From positions 3,213 to 67,212 of the forward strand of contig CALVOV010000006.1 in the NCBI GenBank assembly GCA_944350385.1: a stretch of 64,000 bases of DNA, in the 5' to 3' direction. This DNA is from an uncultured Bacilli bacterium. GTDB taxonomy: Bacteria; Bacillota_I; Bacilli_A; RF39; UBA660. A program made the translations under genes and the position numbers. Below, in pieces: positions 20,622 to 31,778 of this stretch. Position 1 is the stretch's first letter. Each line of letters opens with the position of its first letter. Below the pieces are notes generated by a model. That model worked only from the letters and a program-made list of their open reading frames with translations, had not been told where the DNA came from and searched no databases.

Positions 20622-21353
20622 TTAATATACCTTGTAATAACCGGAATTTATATATTGTTTAGCTTCTTCTTTGATTTTTCTTCTATACTTTGGAATACTA
20701 CTTCTATCAAGATTAGCTATTTTTTTTATTGTACTATGAAATTTAATATCCCCCACTGATTTAATACATTCTCTAAAATAATTATCTTTATCTATTTCTA
20801 TTGTACTATGATTTACTACAATATGTGCATCAGCTGGATCCACTTGATAAATATATTCAATACATAATTCAAGAACTCCTCTAAGTTGGCTTTTCTTGTC
20901 ATCATTATCTGAGGAAATTCTAAAATTATCTAGGTCGCATATTTTAATATCATTATTCTTAGTATTAAGTAAAATGTTACCAGTATGGAAATCACTATAG
21001 ATTAAATTATTATAATTATATTCTTGAAACATATTAATAATTTTCAAGCAATCTTTTATTTTATTATCAAATTTTCTTGTTTTTAATTTATTTAGCGATT
21101 TATGATTTTTATATTTTTTCATAGTATAACCAATTATTTCATTATGATTTTCAATAAAATTAGTTACTTTTACGACTCCTTTTATTTTATTTTCTTCTAT
21201 ATACATTAATGTTTTTATAGTATCATCATACATATGATAAGGTATTTTATGTAACCTATTGGCTTCATAATAAATTTTACTACTATTATTTGTGTCAAAT
21301 GGAAAATATATTTTTAGTTTATTAATCTTGTTAAATTCGATATTTTTATCCAT
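20622..21353 (-). CDS. Protein-kinase-like (PKL) fold protein
   Basis: Catalytic loop YSDFHTGNILL and ICDLD (DFG-equivalent); no TM or sensor domain. Confidence 0.65.
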   Translation of the reverse strand: MDKNIEFNKINKLKIYFPFDTNNSSKIYYEANRLHKIPYHMYDDTIKTLMYIEENKIKGVVKVTNFIENHNEIIGYTMKKYKNHKSLNKLKTRKFDNKIKDCLKIINMFQEYNYNNLIYSDFHTGNILLNTKNNDIKICDLDNFRISSDNDDKKSQLRGVLELCIEYIYQVDPADAHIVVNHSTIEIDKDNYFRECIKSVGDIKFHSTIKKIANLDRSSIPKYRRKIKEEAKQYINSGYYKVY

Positions 21354-21416
21354 AATGTAACACCTCTTGTAATTATATTTTGTTTTTTATTGTAACATAA
21401 AAAAGGACATTTGTCC

Positions 21417-22796
21417 TTATTTCATATATTTTAAGAAAGCTATATAACATTTGTAAGCTTCATAAATATCAGCTTTAGAGGTTACTTCCCATGGAGCATG
21501 CATACTAAGAACTCCTACTCCACAATCTATAACGTCAACATTATAGTTAGCAAGAATATAAGCTATTGTGCCACCTCCACCTAAATCTACTTTACCTAAT
21601 TCAGATATTTGGAAACTTACATTGGCATCGTCCATTACTTTTCTTAATTTAGCAATATATTCAGCGTTAGCATCATTGCTACCACTCTTACCTCTAGAAC
21701 CTGTATACTTGCAGAAAACTACTCCTTTGCCAAAATATGAAGAATTTCTTGGATCCATAGCTTCTTTATATAGTGGATCATAAGCTGCATTAACATCGCT
21801 AGATAGCATGCGAGAATTTTTTAAAACTCTTCTTACTGCTAATGGTGAGTCATTACCTAATAATGAACAAATTTCAGCGATAGCATTATCAAAAAAGTGT
21901 GATTCCATGCCTGTTGAGCCAACACTACCAATTTCTTCTTTATCTACTAATATACAACTAGTTGTTCTAGTTGGATTTGTTACTTCTAAGAATGCTTCTA
22001 GAGATGTGTAGGCACAAACACTATCATCTTGACCATAGGCCATAATCATACTTCTATCAAGTCCAAAATCTCTAGCAGAACCTTGTGGTACTACTTCTAT
22101 TTCAGATGATAATAAATCATCTTCTTCAATATTATATTTATCTTTTAATATTTTTAAAATATTAGACTTAACTTTTTCTTTTTTAACATCTTTTAGTTCT
22201 CTACTACCTATTAATACATCAAGTTTTTCTCCTTCTATTACCTTATCTGCAGTCTTTTTCATTTGTTCTTGACCTAAATGTGGCAATAAATCTGTAATAC
22301 CTACAACTGGATCTCTAGCGTCTTCACCAATATTTATTTCTATTTTAGTACCATCTTTTTTTACTACTACTCCATGTAAAGCAAGTGGTAAAGTAACCCA
22401 TTGATATTTTTTTATACCACCATAGTAATGGGTATCAAAATAAGCAAAACCATCTTCTTCATATAAGGGAATAGCTTTTAAGTCCAATCTTGGAGAGTCA
22501 ATATGAGCTCCTAAAATATTCATACCAGTAGTAATATCTTCACTGCCGATTACAAATAATGCTACAGCTTTATCGTTATTATTAACATATACTTTATCTC
22601 CAACATTTAAAGAATTATTATTATTAATATAATCTTCTAAATTTTTAAATCCTCTAGTTTTAGCTCTTTTGATTATTTCTTTTGTTGCTTCTCTTTCTGT
22701 TTTACAATTTGTTAAATAATTTTTATAATCATTAGAAATAGATTCTAATTTATCTAAATCATTTTGATTATATTTATTCCATGCGACTTTTTTCAA
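21417..22796 (-). CDS. apeA: M18-family aminopeptidase (ApeA-like)
   Basis: GAHIDSPRL, HYYGGIKKYQW, YGQDD, DKEEIGS and SMHAPWE. Confidence 0.88.
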   Translation of the reverse strand: MKKVAWNKYNQNDLDKLESISNDYKNYLTNCKTEREATKEIIKRAKTRGFKNLEDYINNNNSLNVGDKVYVNNNDKAVALFVIGSEDITTGMNILGAHIDSPRLDLKAIPLYEEDGFAYFDTHYYGGIKKYQWVTLPLALHGVVVKKDGTKIEINIGEDARDPVVGITDLLPHLGQEQMKKTADKVIEGEKLDVLIGSRELKDVKKEKVKSNILKILKDKYNIEEDDLLSSEIEVVPQGSARDFGLDRSMIMAYGQDDSVCAYTSLEAFLEVTNPTRTTSCILVDKEEIGSVGSTGMESHFFDNAIAEICSLLGNDSPLAVRRVLKNSRMLSSDVNAAYDPLYKEAMDPRNSSYFGKGVVFCKYTGSRGKSGSNDANAEYIAKLRKVMDDANVSFQISELGKVDLGGGGTIAYILANYNVDVIDCGVGVLSMHAPWEVTSKADIYEAYKCYIAFLKYMK

Positions 22797-22860
22797 TTTA
22801 TCCCATCCTTTCTTTTATAGTATATCATTATTTCGTTAAAAAATAAAAAAAGTTTGATTT

Positions 22861-23841
22861 TTATAACCAAACTCCAAATATTATTCCAGCCATAGCTAGA
22901 ACTAATCCTAGAACCCAAAAAAGTTTAACAATGTCTTGTTCCATCCAACCTAATTTTTCAAAATGGTGATGAATTGGGGTCATTAAAAATAATTTACGAT
23001 GAAATACTTGAACCCAAAATGTTTGGATAATAACACTTAGGGTTTCAATAATAAATATTCCAGCTACTACGATAAGTGTCAACTCACGATGTGTTAGTAT
23101 TGCTATCGCACCCATTGCTGCTCCTAATGATAATGAACCAGTATCTCCCATAAATACTTTAGCTGGATGGGTATTATAAATTAAGAAGCCGACTATCGAA
23201 CCAACTAATATTAAGCTAAATAATCCAATTTCTTCAAAACCTACAGTTAATGATATTAAACTATATGCTATCAAGGCTATGGCTGCTAGACCACCGGCTA
23301 AACCATCTAAACCATCTGTTAAATTGACAGCATTAGATGCACCAACTAAGAAAAATAAAATACATAAGCCATATAACCAACCTAATTCAATATCAATATG
23401 AAGCGTACCTACTACCCAACTTGTTTGGCCTCCGCTGCGCATATAAATGTAGAAAAATCCAATAGCAATTAATACTTGCATAAATAGTTTTTGGTAAGTA
23501 GTTAAGCCTTCATTATCACCTTTTTTAATTGATAAAAAGTCATCTAAAAAACCTATACATGCATAACCAATAAAAACTAATAAGACAATTCCTAGATTAG
23601 ATGTATATGCTATCTTATCTGTTAATATTAGGGCTGTAGTTACTAAGATAGTTGGTATTATAAAAATTAAGCCACCCATAGTAGGTGTTCCCTCTTTTTT
23701 TCGATGGGACTCACCCACAAAAATACTTATTTTTTGTCCTACTCTAAATTTTTTTAATACAGGAACTAAGAACAAACCTAGTATTGCTGATGATAGAAAA
23801 CCTAGCATAACAGCGAACACTGCTTTAGTTAGTAATAGCAT
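22861..23841 (-). CDS. mraY: Phospho-N-acetylmuramoyl-pentapeptide transferase
   Basis: KEGTPTMGG, GFLDD, NAVNLTDGLDGL, VFMGDTGS and PIHHHFE. Start reassigned to ATG 23841 (GGAGG RBS). Confidence 0.95.
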   Translation of the reverse strand: MLLLTKAVFAVMLGFLSSAILGLFLVPVLKKFRVGQKISIFVGESHRKKEGTPTMGGLIFIIPTILVTTALILTDKIAYTSNLGIVLLVFIGYACIGFLDDFLSIKKGDNEGLTTYQKLFMQVLIAIGFFYIYMRSGGQTSWVVGTLHIDIELGWLYGLCILFFLVGASNAVNLTDGLDGLAGGLAAIALIAYSLISLTVGFEEIGLFSLILVGSIVGFLIYNTHPAKVFMGDTGSLSLGAAMGAIAILTHRELTLIVVAGIFIIETLSVIIQTFWVQVFHRKLFLMTPIHHHFEKLGWMEQDIVKLFWVLGLVLAMAGIIFGVWL

Positions 23842-24040
23842 TCTTTTTCCTCCGTTCTCATGGTAAATTATATCATAAATATTTTCTATTATTATTCTTT
23901 TGCAGTATTTAGACACAACTTTACATTAATACACTGTAAATTATAATTAATTTTTCTTATATATTTCAATCATTTTACTTAATTTTATTCTGCTTAGCTA
24001 AAAAAAATACAAATTATTTTTATTTAACAAAAAAACACAA

Positions 24041-27000
24041 TTATCTTTGTGTTTTTTCCATGTTTTCTCTTGCAACTGTAAGCATTAGTTTAATTCTATT
24101 TGTTTGATTAGTATGAGAAGCTCCTGGATCATAATCAATAGCAACTATATTAGCATCTGGATATAAAGCTCGAATTCTTTTAATAACTGATTTACCTACA
24201 ATATGATTTGGTAAGCAAGCAAATGGCTGAACGCAAACTATATTAGTTACCCCACTTTTAATTAATTCAACCATTTCAGCGGTTAAAAACCATCCTTCTC
24301 CTGTCTGATTACCTGTTGATAATATTCCTTGAACATTTTTAGCTAATTCATAAATATTACTTACTTGCCTAAATCTAGTATTCTGAATAGCTTGACGAAC
24401 TGGTTTTTCATAAAAATCTATTAAATTTAAAGCTATATGATTTATCATAGCAACTTTTTTAGATGTTTTTAAAAGTTTTTCTTTAATCATGCCATTGTAA
24501 GCACAATATTTAACAAAGCCCATCAAGTCTGGAACTGTCGCTTCAGCTCCTTCTTGTTCTAATTTATTAACTAAGTAATCATTACCAAAATAATTATATT
24601 TGATTAATATTTCTCCAACTATTCCTACTTTAGGAATAGTTTTATGTTTTATTTTTATATTATTAAATTCTTCGATTATTGATTTTATATTCTTTTTGAA
24701 TTCTTTATAACTTCCTTTTCTAACAGCTATTTGACAAATATTTTGCCATTTATTATATAAATCTTCTGTTTTACCTTTTACTACTTCATATGGTCTAGTG
24801 GCATATAAAAGTTTCATTAATAAATCTCCATAAACAACAGCTTGTAAGATTTTATTTACTAGTGATGGTGTAAATTTAAAAGCTTGTTCTTTTTCAAGTC
24901 CACTCAAATTTAGAGATAGAATTGAAACTTTTTCTAATCCTGCATCTTTTAAGGCTTTTCTTATTAATCCAATATAATTAGTAGCACGACATCCTCCACC
25001 TGTTTGAGTAATTATAACACTGGTGTTTTCTGGATCATACTTTCCACTTTTTAATTCATGAATAAGTTGACCAGTTACTAATATTGCTGGATAGCAACTA
25101 TCATTATTGACATATTTTAGTCCTGTTTCTACTGTATCATTTGTTGTTTGGTTTAAATAGACCGCTTGATATCCTTCACTATTTAGAACAGATTCAAACA
25201 TCTTAAAATGAGCACTAGACATATCTGGGAATAAAAGAGTATGCTTTTTATCTTCTTGTTTAAAATAATTTTTTTCATATTTATATGGAATATATTGAGT
25301 ATTCTCTATTCGTTTATTCATTGATGCAATCAAAGAGCGAATTCTTATTTTAATTGCCCCTAAATTATTTATTTCATCTATTTTAATAGTAGTATAAAGT
25401 CTGTTATTGTATTTTAATATCTCTTCTGTTTGATCTGTGACAATAGCATCAAGTCCACAGCCAAAGGAATTTAAATTAACTAATTCCATATTAGGGTGAC
25501 GTGCTACAACATCAGCAGCATGATATACACGAGAATGATATGTCCATTGATCTACAACACGTAGCTTAGTATCTATTTGTGATAAATGACAAATAGAGTC
25601 TTCGGTTAAAACAGCTAATCCTAAGGAATTAATCATTGTATCTATGCCATGATTTACTTCTTTATCTAAGTGATATGGTCTGCCAGCTAAAACTATTGCT
25701 TTTTCATTATGTTCATCAATATATTTAATGAACTCTTCTCCTTTAGTACGAACTTCTTCTTTAAATTTTCTTTGTTCACTAAAGCCTTTTTCTATAGCTC
25801 TTTTCAATTCTTCAATAGTAAAATTATATTCTTTAAATTCTTCTAGTTCTTGAAATCTTTTTAATAGACCTTTTTCTTCTAATGGTAAAAAAGGATTTAT
25901 ATATTTTATATTGTTAGTTTCAATGTCTTCAACATTTAACTTAATAGCTTCAGAATATGATTGAACTATTGGACAATTGTAATGGTTATCACTAGTTTTA
26001 AATTCTTGATGTTCAAACATTATACACGGATAAAAGATAGTTTTTACTCCTTTTTCTATCAAATTTATAATATGTCCGTGAACTAGTTTGGCAGGATAAC
26101 AAGCAGACTCTGAAGGCATTGATTCAATACCTTTTTCATATAATTTATGATTTGAATGATCTGATAAGATTACCTTGAAACCTAAATTAGTAAAAATAGT
26201 AAACCATAATGGATAATTTTCGTACATGTTTAGCACTCTTGGAATACCAATTTCTCCTCGTGGAGGATTTTCTAAAGGGGTATAATTGAATAATCGATCA
26301 TACTTCCAAGAATACATATTTGGTAAAGTAGTATTGCTACCATTATTACCACTACCTCTTTCACAACGATTTCCAGATATTAAAATTCTTTTATTGAATT
26401 TATTTATAGTTAGAGCGCAATTATTTTGGCATCTTCCACAACGTGCTTGAGATGTTTCTATTTTTAAATTTTCTATTTCTTCTTTGGACAACATTGAACT
26501 TTTTACATCTTGATCATCATATTGTTTGTAATTATTTGAAGCTATTAAAGCCATTCCATAGGCACCCATTAATCCAGCAATATTTGGCCTTACTACTTCT
26601 TTGCCAGTTATTTTTTCAAAAGCTCTTAAAATAGCATCATTTAAGAAAGTTCCACCCTGCACTACAATCTTTTTACCTAATGTTTCATTATCACGAATCT
26701 TCATAACTTTTTGTAAGGCATTTCTTACAACTGAATAGGCTAATCCAGCAAAAATATCGCTTAATGGTCGTCCTTCTTTTTGTGTTTGTTTTATTTTAGA
26801 ATTCATAAATACCGTACATCTTGATCCTAAATCAATTGGTGATTTAGAAGTTACTGCTAATTTTACAAATTCGTGAACATTCATATTTAGTGATTTAGCT
26901 AACGTTTCAATAAAAGAACCACAGCCAGATGAACAAGCTTCATTTAACATAATAGAATCTACAGCGCCATTTTTTATTTTGATATATTTCATATCTTGTC

Positions 27001-28267
27001 CACCAATGTCAATGATACTTTCAACATCTTTTAGAAAATAATTAGCCGCTTCATAATGAGCCATAGTTTCTATTTCACTTATATCTAAGTTAAAGGCTGT
27101 CTTAATTAATAATTCACCATAACCTGTTGAACCAGCACTTCTAATGACTGTTTTTTCTGGAAGTTTATCATATAAATCAAATAACATTTCCTTAACAGTA
27201 TCGATTGGGGTTCCTTTGTTGCTACGATAATTCTGATATAGTAAGTTTCCATCTCCATCAATAGCAACTACCTTAGCTGTTGTTGAACCAGCATCAATTC
27301 CTACAAATACATCACCAACATATGTAGAAAAATCTTTTTCTAGCACTTTGTATTTAGATTGCCTTTCTTTAAACTTTTCATAATCTTCAGCACTTGTAAA
27401 TAATGGTTCTAGACTGCTTGATTCTTTTTCTTTAAACTTATCTATTTTTATTAATAATTTATCTAATTGATTTTTAGTAATTACTTTTTTATCTTCTTTA
27501 TCAAGTACTGCTCCTAAACAAACAAATAAATTAGCATCTTTTGGAATAATTACTTCTTCTTTCTTTAATCCTAAGGTATCAATAAATCTTTCTCTTAGAG
27601 TTGAAAGATAGGTTAATGGACCACCTAAAAATATAACATTACCTTTAATTGGTTTACCGCAAGCTAATCCAGAAATTGTTTGATTTACTACAGCTTGCAT
27701 AATTGAAAGAGCAATATCTTCTTTTTTAGCCCCCTCATTTATTAATGGTTGAATATCTGTTTTAGCAAATACACCACATCGAGAAGCTATAGGATATATC
27801 TTATTACCCTTTTTAGCTAATTCATTCAATCCTTCAGTTGTTTGATTTAATAAAACAGCCATTTGATCTAAAAATGCTCCTGTTCCACCAGCGCATGAGC
27901 CATTCATTCTTTGCTCAATTGTTTGATCAAAGTAAATTATTTTAGCATCTTCACCACCTAATTCAATTGCAACATCAGTAGAAGGAGCATATATTTCTAT
28001 AGCATTCTTACAAGCAATAACTTCTTGGACAAAACCTACTTTTAAATATTTTGCTAAAGTTATTGCTCCACTTCCTGTTAATGTTAAAGTATAGTTATAA
28101 CTGTCATTTCTTTTTAAGAATTCATGAAGTAAATCTTTTATAGTTTTTTTTGTATCAGAAAAATGTCTTCTATAATCACTATAGAGAACATTGTCTTTTC
28201 CATCCATAGCAACTATTTTTACAGTTGTTGATCCAATATCTAATCCAATATTTACTAACTTCTTCAT
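24041..28267 (-). CDS. Fused CoA-substrate-specific enzyme activase (2x BadF/BcrAD ASKHA ATPase + DUF2229 + 2-hydroxyacyl-CoA dehydratase-like)
   Basis: GLDIGSTT and GIDAGSTT repeats, CAGGTG and CSSGCG, ACYPAK, CRATNY and QPFACLPNH. Confidence 0.88.
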   Translation of the reverse strand: MKKLVNIGLDIGSTTVKIVAMDGKDNVLYSDYRRHFSDTKKTIKDLLHEFLKRNDSYNYTLTLTGSGAITLAKYLKVGFVQEVIACKNAIEIYAPSTDVAIELGGEDAKIIYFDQTIEQRMNGSCAGGTGAFLDQMAVLLNQTTEGLNELAKKGNKIYPIASRCGVFAKTDIQPLINEGAKKEDIALSIMQAVVNQTISGLACGKPIKGNVIFLGGPLTYLSTLRERFIDTLGLKKEEVIIPKDANLFVCLGAVLDKEDKKVITKNQLDKLLIKIDKFKEKESSSLEPLFTSAEDYEKFKERQSKYKVLEKDFSTYVGDVFVGIDAGSTTAKVVAIDGDGNLLYQNYRSNKGTPIDTVKEMLFDLYDKLPEKTVIRSAGSTGYGELLIKTAFNLDISEIETMAHYEAANYFLKDVESIIDIGGQDMKYIKIKNGAVDSIMLNEACSSGCGSFIETLAKSLNMNVHEFVKLAVTSKSPIDLGSRCTVFMNSKIKQTQKEGRPLSDIFAGLAYSVVRNALQKVMKIRDNETLGKKIVVQGGTFLNDAILRAFEKITGKEVVRPNIAGLMGAYGMALIASNNYKQYDDQDVKSSMLSKEEIENLKIETSQARCGRCQNNCALTINKFNKRILISGNRCERGSGNNGSNTTLPNMYSWKYDRLFNYTPLENPPRGEIGIPRVLNMYENYPLWFTIFTNLGFKVILSDHSNHKLYEKGIESMPSESACYPAKLVHGHIINLIEKGVKTIFYPCIMFEHQEFKTSDNHYNCPIVQSYSEAIKLNVEDIETNNIKYINPFLPLEEKGLLKRFQELEEFKEYNFTIEELKRAIEKGFSEQRKFKEEVRTKGEEFIKYIDEHNEKAIVLAGRPYHLDKEVNHGIDTMINSLGLAVLTEDSICHLSQIDTKLRVVDQWTYHSRVYHAADVVARHPNMELVNLNSFGCGLDAIVTDQTEEILKYNNRLYTTIKIDEINNLGAIKIRIRSLIASMNKRIENTQYIPYKYEKNYFKQEDKKHTLLFPDMSSAHFKMFESVLNSEGYQAVYLNQTTNDTVETGLKYVNNDSCYPAILVTGQLIHELKSGKYDPENTSVIITQTGGGCRATNYIGLIRKALKDAGLEKVSILSLNLSGLEKEQAFKFTPSLVNKILQAVVYGDLLMKLLYATRPYEVVKGKTEDLYNKWQNICQIAVRKGSYKEFKKNIKSIIEEFNNIKIKHKTIPKVGIVGEILIKYNYFGNDYLVNKLEQEGAEATVPDLMGFVKYCAYNGMIKEKLLKTSKKVAMINHIALNLIDFYEKPVRQAIQNTRFRQVSNIYELAKNVQGILSTGNQTGEGWFLTAEMVELIKSGVTNIVCVQPFACLPNHIVGKSVIKRIRALYPDANIVAIDYDPGASHTNQTNRIKLMLTVARENMEKTQR

Positions 28268-28271
28268 ACTA

Positions 28272-28964
28272 CTAAACCTCCTGAATTATTATCGAATTCA
28301 TTAATTCTCTTATTAAGTCTTTATTAAATTCTTTTAAATTTTTAAATGTAAATGTATATACTTTATTATTAAAATAAATTAATAACTTTCTACTATTTGC
28401 TGAGGCATGAAGTAAATAACCTGTATAATCTCCTTCTACTAAATCAAGACTATATAGTACAGGAAATTCTTCTAAAGCAAATTTATTTAATATATAATCT
28501 TCTTTATTTTTTCTATTTATTTGTATTATACTTGGAGAGTTTTTTGCTTCTTTTATTTTAGACATCAACTCTAAGTCTGATAATATTTTACTACTTTTTA
28601 TAATCTTAGTAGTATCTATAATTTCATTTTTATAATTTTTGAATTTTTCTAAATAAGGAATATTTATTTCTATTGTAAAAGAAGTCTTTTCATCTTTGAT
28701 ACATGTATATTTATTTTCTTCTTCTAAGCAATCATAATCAGAAAAAATATCTTTTATTTTAATATTTTTATATTCGATGTACTTATCTACTTCTTCAGTA
28801 TTTATTACTAGCAAATCTGTTAATATTAACCCTTCTTTTATCTGTTCTAATTTGTTTTTTTCTGTTGCTGATAATTGTAAATTATTTATTGATAAGTATT
28901 TTATTGTTATTAGTATCATTATTATAAAAATTATAATGAAATATTTTTTTAATTTACTACACAT
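28272..28964 (-). CDS. Hypothetical membrane-anchored protein
   Basis: N-terminal hydrophobic helix; GAGG RBS; co-oriented 4 nt upstream of the activase gene. Confidence 0.7.
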   Translation of the reverse strand: MCSKLKKYFIIIFIIMILITIKYLSINNLQLSATEKNKLEQIKEGLILTDLLVINTEEVDKYIEYKNIKIKDIFSDYDCLEEENKYTCIKDEKTSFTIEINIPYLEKFKNYKNEIIDTTKIIKSSKILSDLELMSKIKEAKNSPSIIQINRKNKEDYILNKFALEEFPVLYSLDLVEGDYTGYLLHASANSRKLLIYFNNKVYTFTFKNLKEFNKDLIRELMNSIIIQEV

Positions 28965-29026
28965 ATTTTTACCTCGTTATATATTGTAGCAAAAAAAAAG
29001 ACTATTAGCTAGTCTCTTAATTTATA

Positions 29027-29281
29027 CTATTTATCTCTATGTACTTTACTTTTTATATGTTGCAATTCAAAACGGTATTTTTGTTTTACTTCAGGATATT
29101 TCTCATGATCTACCTCACTTAGAAATAAATCAAGTGGTCTTGCCCATAAAGCTCCATCATCATATAACTTTCTATATAAAACTAATTCTTCTTCTGTTTC
29201 CGAATGTTTAGCAATATCTTCTACTATATAATAATCTCCTTTAAAGTGTTTATATACGCCGTGTATTTTCAATTTATTCAT
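29027..29281 (-). CDS. DUF1653 protein
   Basis: YKHFKG.YY.V...A.HSET.E.LV.YR.LY....WARP...F.S.VD..KYP...QKYRFE. Confidence 0.9.
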   Translation of the reverse strand: MNKLKIHGVYKHFKGDYYIVEDIAKHSETEEELVLYRKLYDDGALWARPLDLFLSEVDHEKYPEVKQKYRFELQHIKSKVHRDK

Positions 29282-29282
29282 T

Positions 29283-29771
29283 TTATTCTCCTACTTTCTT
29301 TATTAAATTTATTGTTCTAGAATGATATCCCTGTTTTTGATAGAAATTCTTAGCTGAATCATTATAAGCAAATACTTCAATATTAATATATTTACAATTT
29401 TGTTCTTTTAGATAATTTTCCATGTGATTCATTAATTCTTTACCAACACCTTGACTTCTTTGTTTTCTAGTAACTACTAATTCGATAATTCTTCCAGTTT
29501 TGGGACATTTATAATCTAATAAATCTTCTTCATCATATTTTCTTAAACAACCCATTATCAAACCTACTACTTGATTATTTTCGATTGCTAAAAAGCATTT
29601 TCCATTATTTTCTTTAATTGTTTCTAAGTCTACCTGGAACATTTTTTCACGATAGTCTTTACCAAGTTGATCTAAATTATCTTGATCTATTGAAATAATA
29701 TATTCCTCTAATTCTACAAGTAAATCTTTACATTCTTCTAAATATTTTTCTTGATATTCAATTACTTTCAT
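29283..29771 (-). CDS. GNAT-family acetyltransferase
   Basis: [10 protein letters not shown] acetyl-CoA motif; [12 protein letters not shown]. Confidence 0.88.
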   Translation of the reverse strand: MKVIEYQEKYLEECKDLLVELEEYIISIDQDNLDQLGKDYREKMFQVDLETIKENNGKCFLAIENNQVVGLIMGCLRKYDEEDLLDYKCPKTGRIIELVVTRKQRSQGVGKELMNHMENYLKEQNCKYINIEVFAYNDSAKNFYQKQGYHSRTINLIKKVGE

Positions 29772-29804
29772 ATTTTACTCCTCTTTTTTATTGTATCACA
29801 TATT

Positions 29805-31709
29805 TTATCCTAATAATAATTTTACTATTTCACCATCTTCTTGCATAGTTCCAGCTTGTGGAGATTGTTCTATAATTTTCTCTCCGTTTCCTGAATATTC
29901 AACATGAAAATTTACTAACATTTTCTTAGCATCAGCTACATTTTTCCCAATAACATTCGGTACTTCATAAGTTACTTTGTCATTCCATTCATAATCTTTT
30001 TCTACTTCACCTTGTTGTTTTTCTATGCCTAGGGCATCGATGATATCTAATAAAATTCTTCTAGCTATTGGTGTTGTTGTATAGCTTGAGAGTAGTGCTG
30101 TATTTTTAGGATTGTCTATTGCTAGATATAAAATTGCTTCTGGATCATTAGATGGCACTACGGACATAAAAGACATGATATAGTTATTTACTAAATAATG
30201 ACCATCTACTGCTTTTTGTGCTGTTCCTGTTTTACCACCTATTCGGTAGCCCTCAATATAAGCTGATTTCCCTCCGCCTTTTGCAACTACATATTCTAGT
30301 GCTCTGCGCATAATAGCAGAAGTCTCACTGCTAACAGTCTTTCTGATTAATTTTTTAGTATTTTCTTGAATAATAGTATTAGTTTCTGGTTCTGATATAC
30401 TTTTAACAATATATGGTTGATATAAATAACCTCCATTAACTACTGAGGCAACAGCAGCTACTTGTTGTATAGGTGTTACTGATACTCCTTGTCCGAAAGC
30501 CGTTGTTGCTAGTTCTACATTACCTACTCTTTCTAAATCAAAGATGATTCCTTGACCTTCACCATTTAAATCAATACCTGTTTTAGAACCAAATCCAAAT
30601 TTTCTAATATATGAAAATAACCTTTCTTTTCCTAACATTTGTCCTAGTTTAACGAATCCTGGATTACAAGAATTCTGTAATACCTCTAAAAATGTTTGAT
30701 CTCCATGCCCTCCAGCTTTCCAACAACGAAGTTTGGAACCATCGACTGTTACACTTCCAGAATCATAGAAGTGATCTTTATCTAAATCAACTACTTTTTC
30801 TTCTACAGCAGAAGCCATAGTAACTATCTTAAATGTACTTCCTGGTTCATACGATGACCAAATTGGTAAATTACGGCTTAATACTTCACTACTATAATTT
30901 TGATAATTGTTAGGGTCATAATCTGGACGTGATGCCATACCTAAAATTTCTCCTGTTTTTGGATCCATTACAATGGCAAGAGCATTGTCTGGAGTAAACA
31001 TATCAACAATATTATCTAGTTCTCTCTCCAATGATTTTTGAATATTTAAATCAATTGTTAAATTTATATTCAAGCCAGGTGTTGGTTCATTATAAACTTC
31101 TGCTTTATCTAATTTATTACCTTTAGCATCAGAGAAATATTTTATGGCCCCTGCTGTTCCAGTCAAATAATCATCATATTGTAGTTCTAATCCAGATAAT
31201 CCTTGATTATCAATTCCAACATATCCTAAAGAATGCGATAAGAGATTTTTATAAGGATAATTTCTCTTAGATTCTTTAATTAAATAAACTCCTTCATAAT
31301 TTAGAGAATTAATTTTATCAGCTATTTCAAAGGATAATCTTCTTCCTTCAGGATGAACTCTTTCTATTGATGTTTCTTTGTAGACATGTTTTTTCATTTT
31401 TTCATAAGAAACATTTAAAATTTCTGCTAAATTTTTAGTTACTTCTTCTTTATTTTCAATTTGGTTAGGTATTAAAAAGAGACTTGTTGTCGTTAAGTTA
31501 TCAGCTAATATTTCGCCATTACGATCAGTAATTATACCTCTATCTGCTTCTGCTGGTAATTCTCTACTCCAAAGGGATGAAGCATAGTCTTTTAATTTAT
31601 TATAATCAATTACTTCAATGAAAAGTACTCTAATGACGATGATAGTAAACATAATAAGCATTAATAAGAATAGTATTTTTATTCTTTTATTTACAGTTTT
31701 TAAAAACAT
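29805..31709 (-). CDS. spoVD: Class B penicillin-binding protein, sporulation-specific (stage V sporulation protein D)
   Basis: STFK, SCN and KTG motifs; LRCWKAGGHGDQTFLEVLQNSCNPGFV is typical of SpoVD; single PASTA domain; a second, vegetative class B PBP lies upstream. Confidence 0.85.
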   Translation of the reverse strand: MFLKTVNKRIKILFLLMLIMFTIIVIRVLFIEVIDYNKLKDYASSLWSRELPAEADRGIITDRNGEILADNLTTTSLFLIPNQIENKEEVTKNLAEILNVSYEKMKKHVYKETSIERVHPEGRRLSFEIADKINSLNYEGVYLIKESKRNYPYKNLLSHSLGYVGIDNQGLSGLELQYDDYLTGTAGAIKYFSDAKGNKLDKAEVYNEPTPGLNINLTIDLNIQKSLERELDNIVDMFTPDNALAIVMDPKTGEILGMASRPDYDPNNYQNYSSEVLSRNLPIWSSYEPGSTFKIVTMASAVEEKVVDLDKDHFYDSGSVTVDGSKLRCWKAGGHGDQTFLEVLQNSCNPGFVKLGQMLGKERLFSYIRKFGFGSKTGIDLNGEGQGIIFDLERVGNVELATTAFGQGVSVTPIQQVAAVASVVNGGYLYQPYIVKSISEPETNTIIQENTKKLIRKTVSSETSAIMRRALEYVVAKGGGKSAYIEGYRIGGKTGTAQKAVDGHYLVNNYIMSFMSVVPSNDPEAILYLAIDNPKNTALLSSYTTTPIARRILLDIIDALGIEKQQGEVEKDYEWNDKVTYEVPNVIGKNVADAKKMLVNFHVEYSGNGEKIIEQSPQAGTMQEDGEIVKLLLG

Positions 31710-31724
31710 GGTCCACCTCTTTAG

Positions 31725-31762
31725 AATATATGATGAATAGTCTTTATTTCATTACATATATT
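31725..31762. promoter_or_regulatory. Overlapping divergent candidate mother-cell (SigE-like) promoters
   Basis: CATATATT -10-like elements on both strands (plus 31755-31762, minus 31732-31725) with ATA/ATG 15-17 nt upstream, between spoVD and the LysM-sleC operon. Confidence 0.5.
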
Positions 31763-31778
31763 TTGATAGGAGGTTTAT

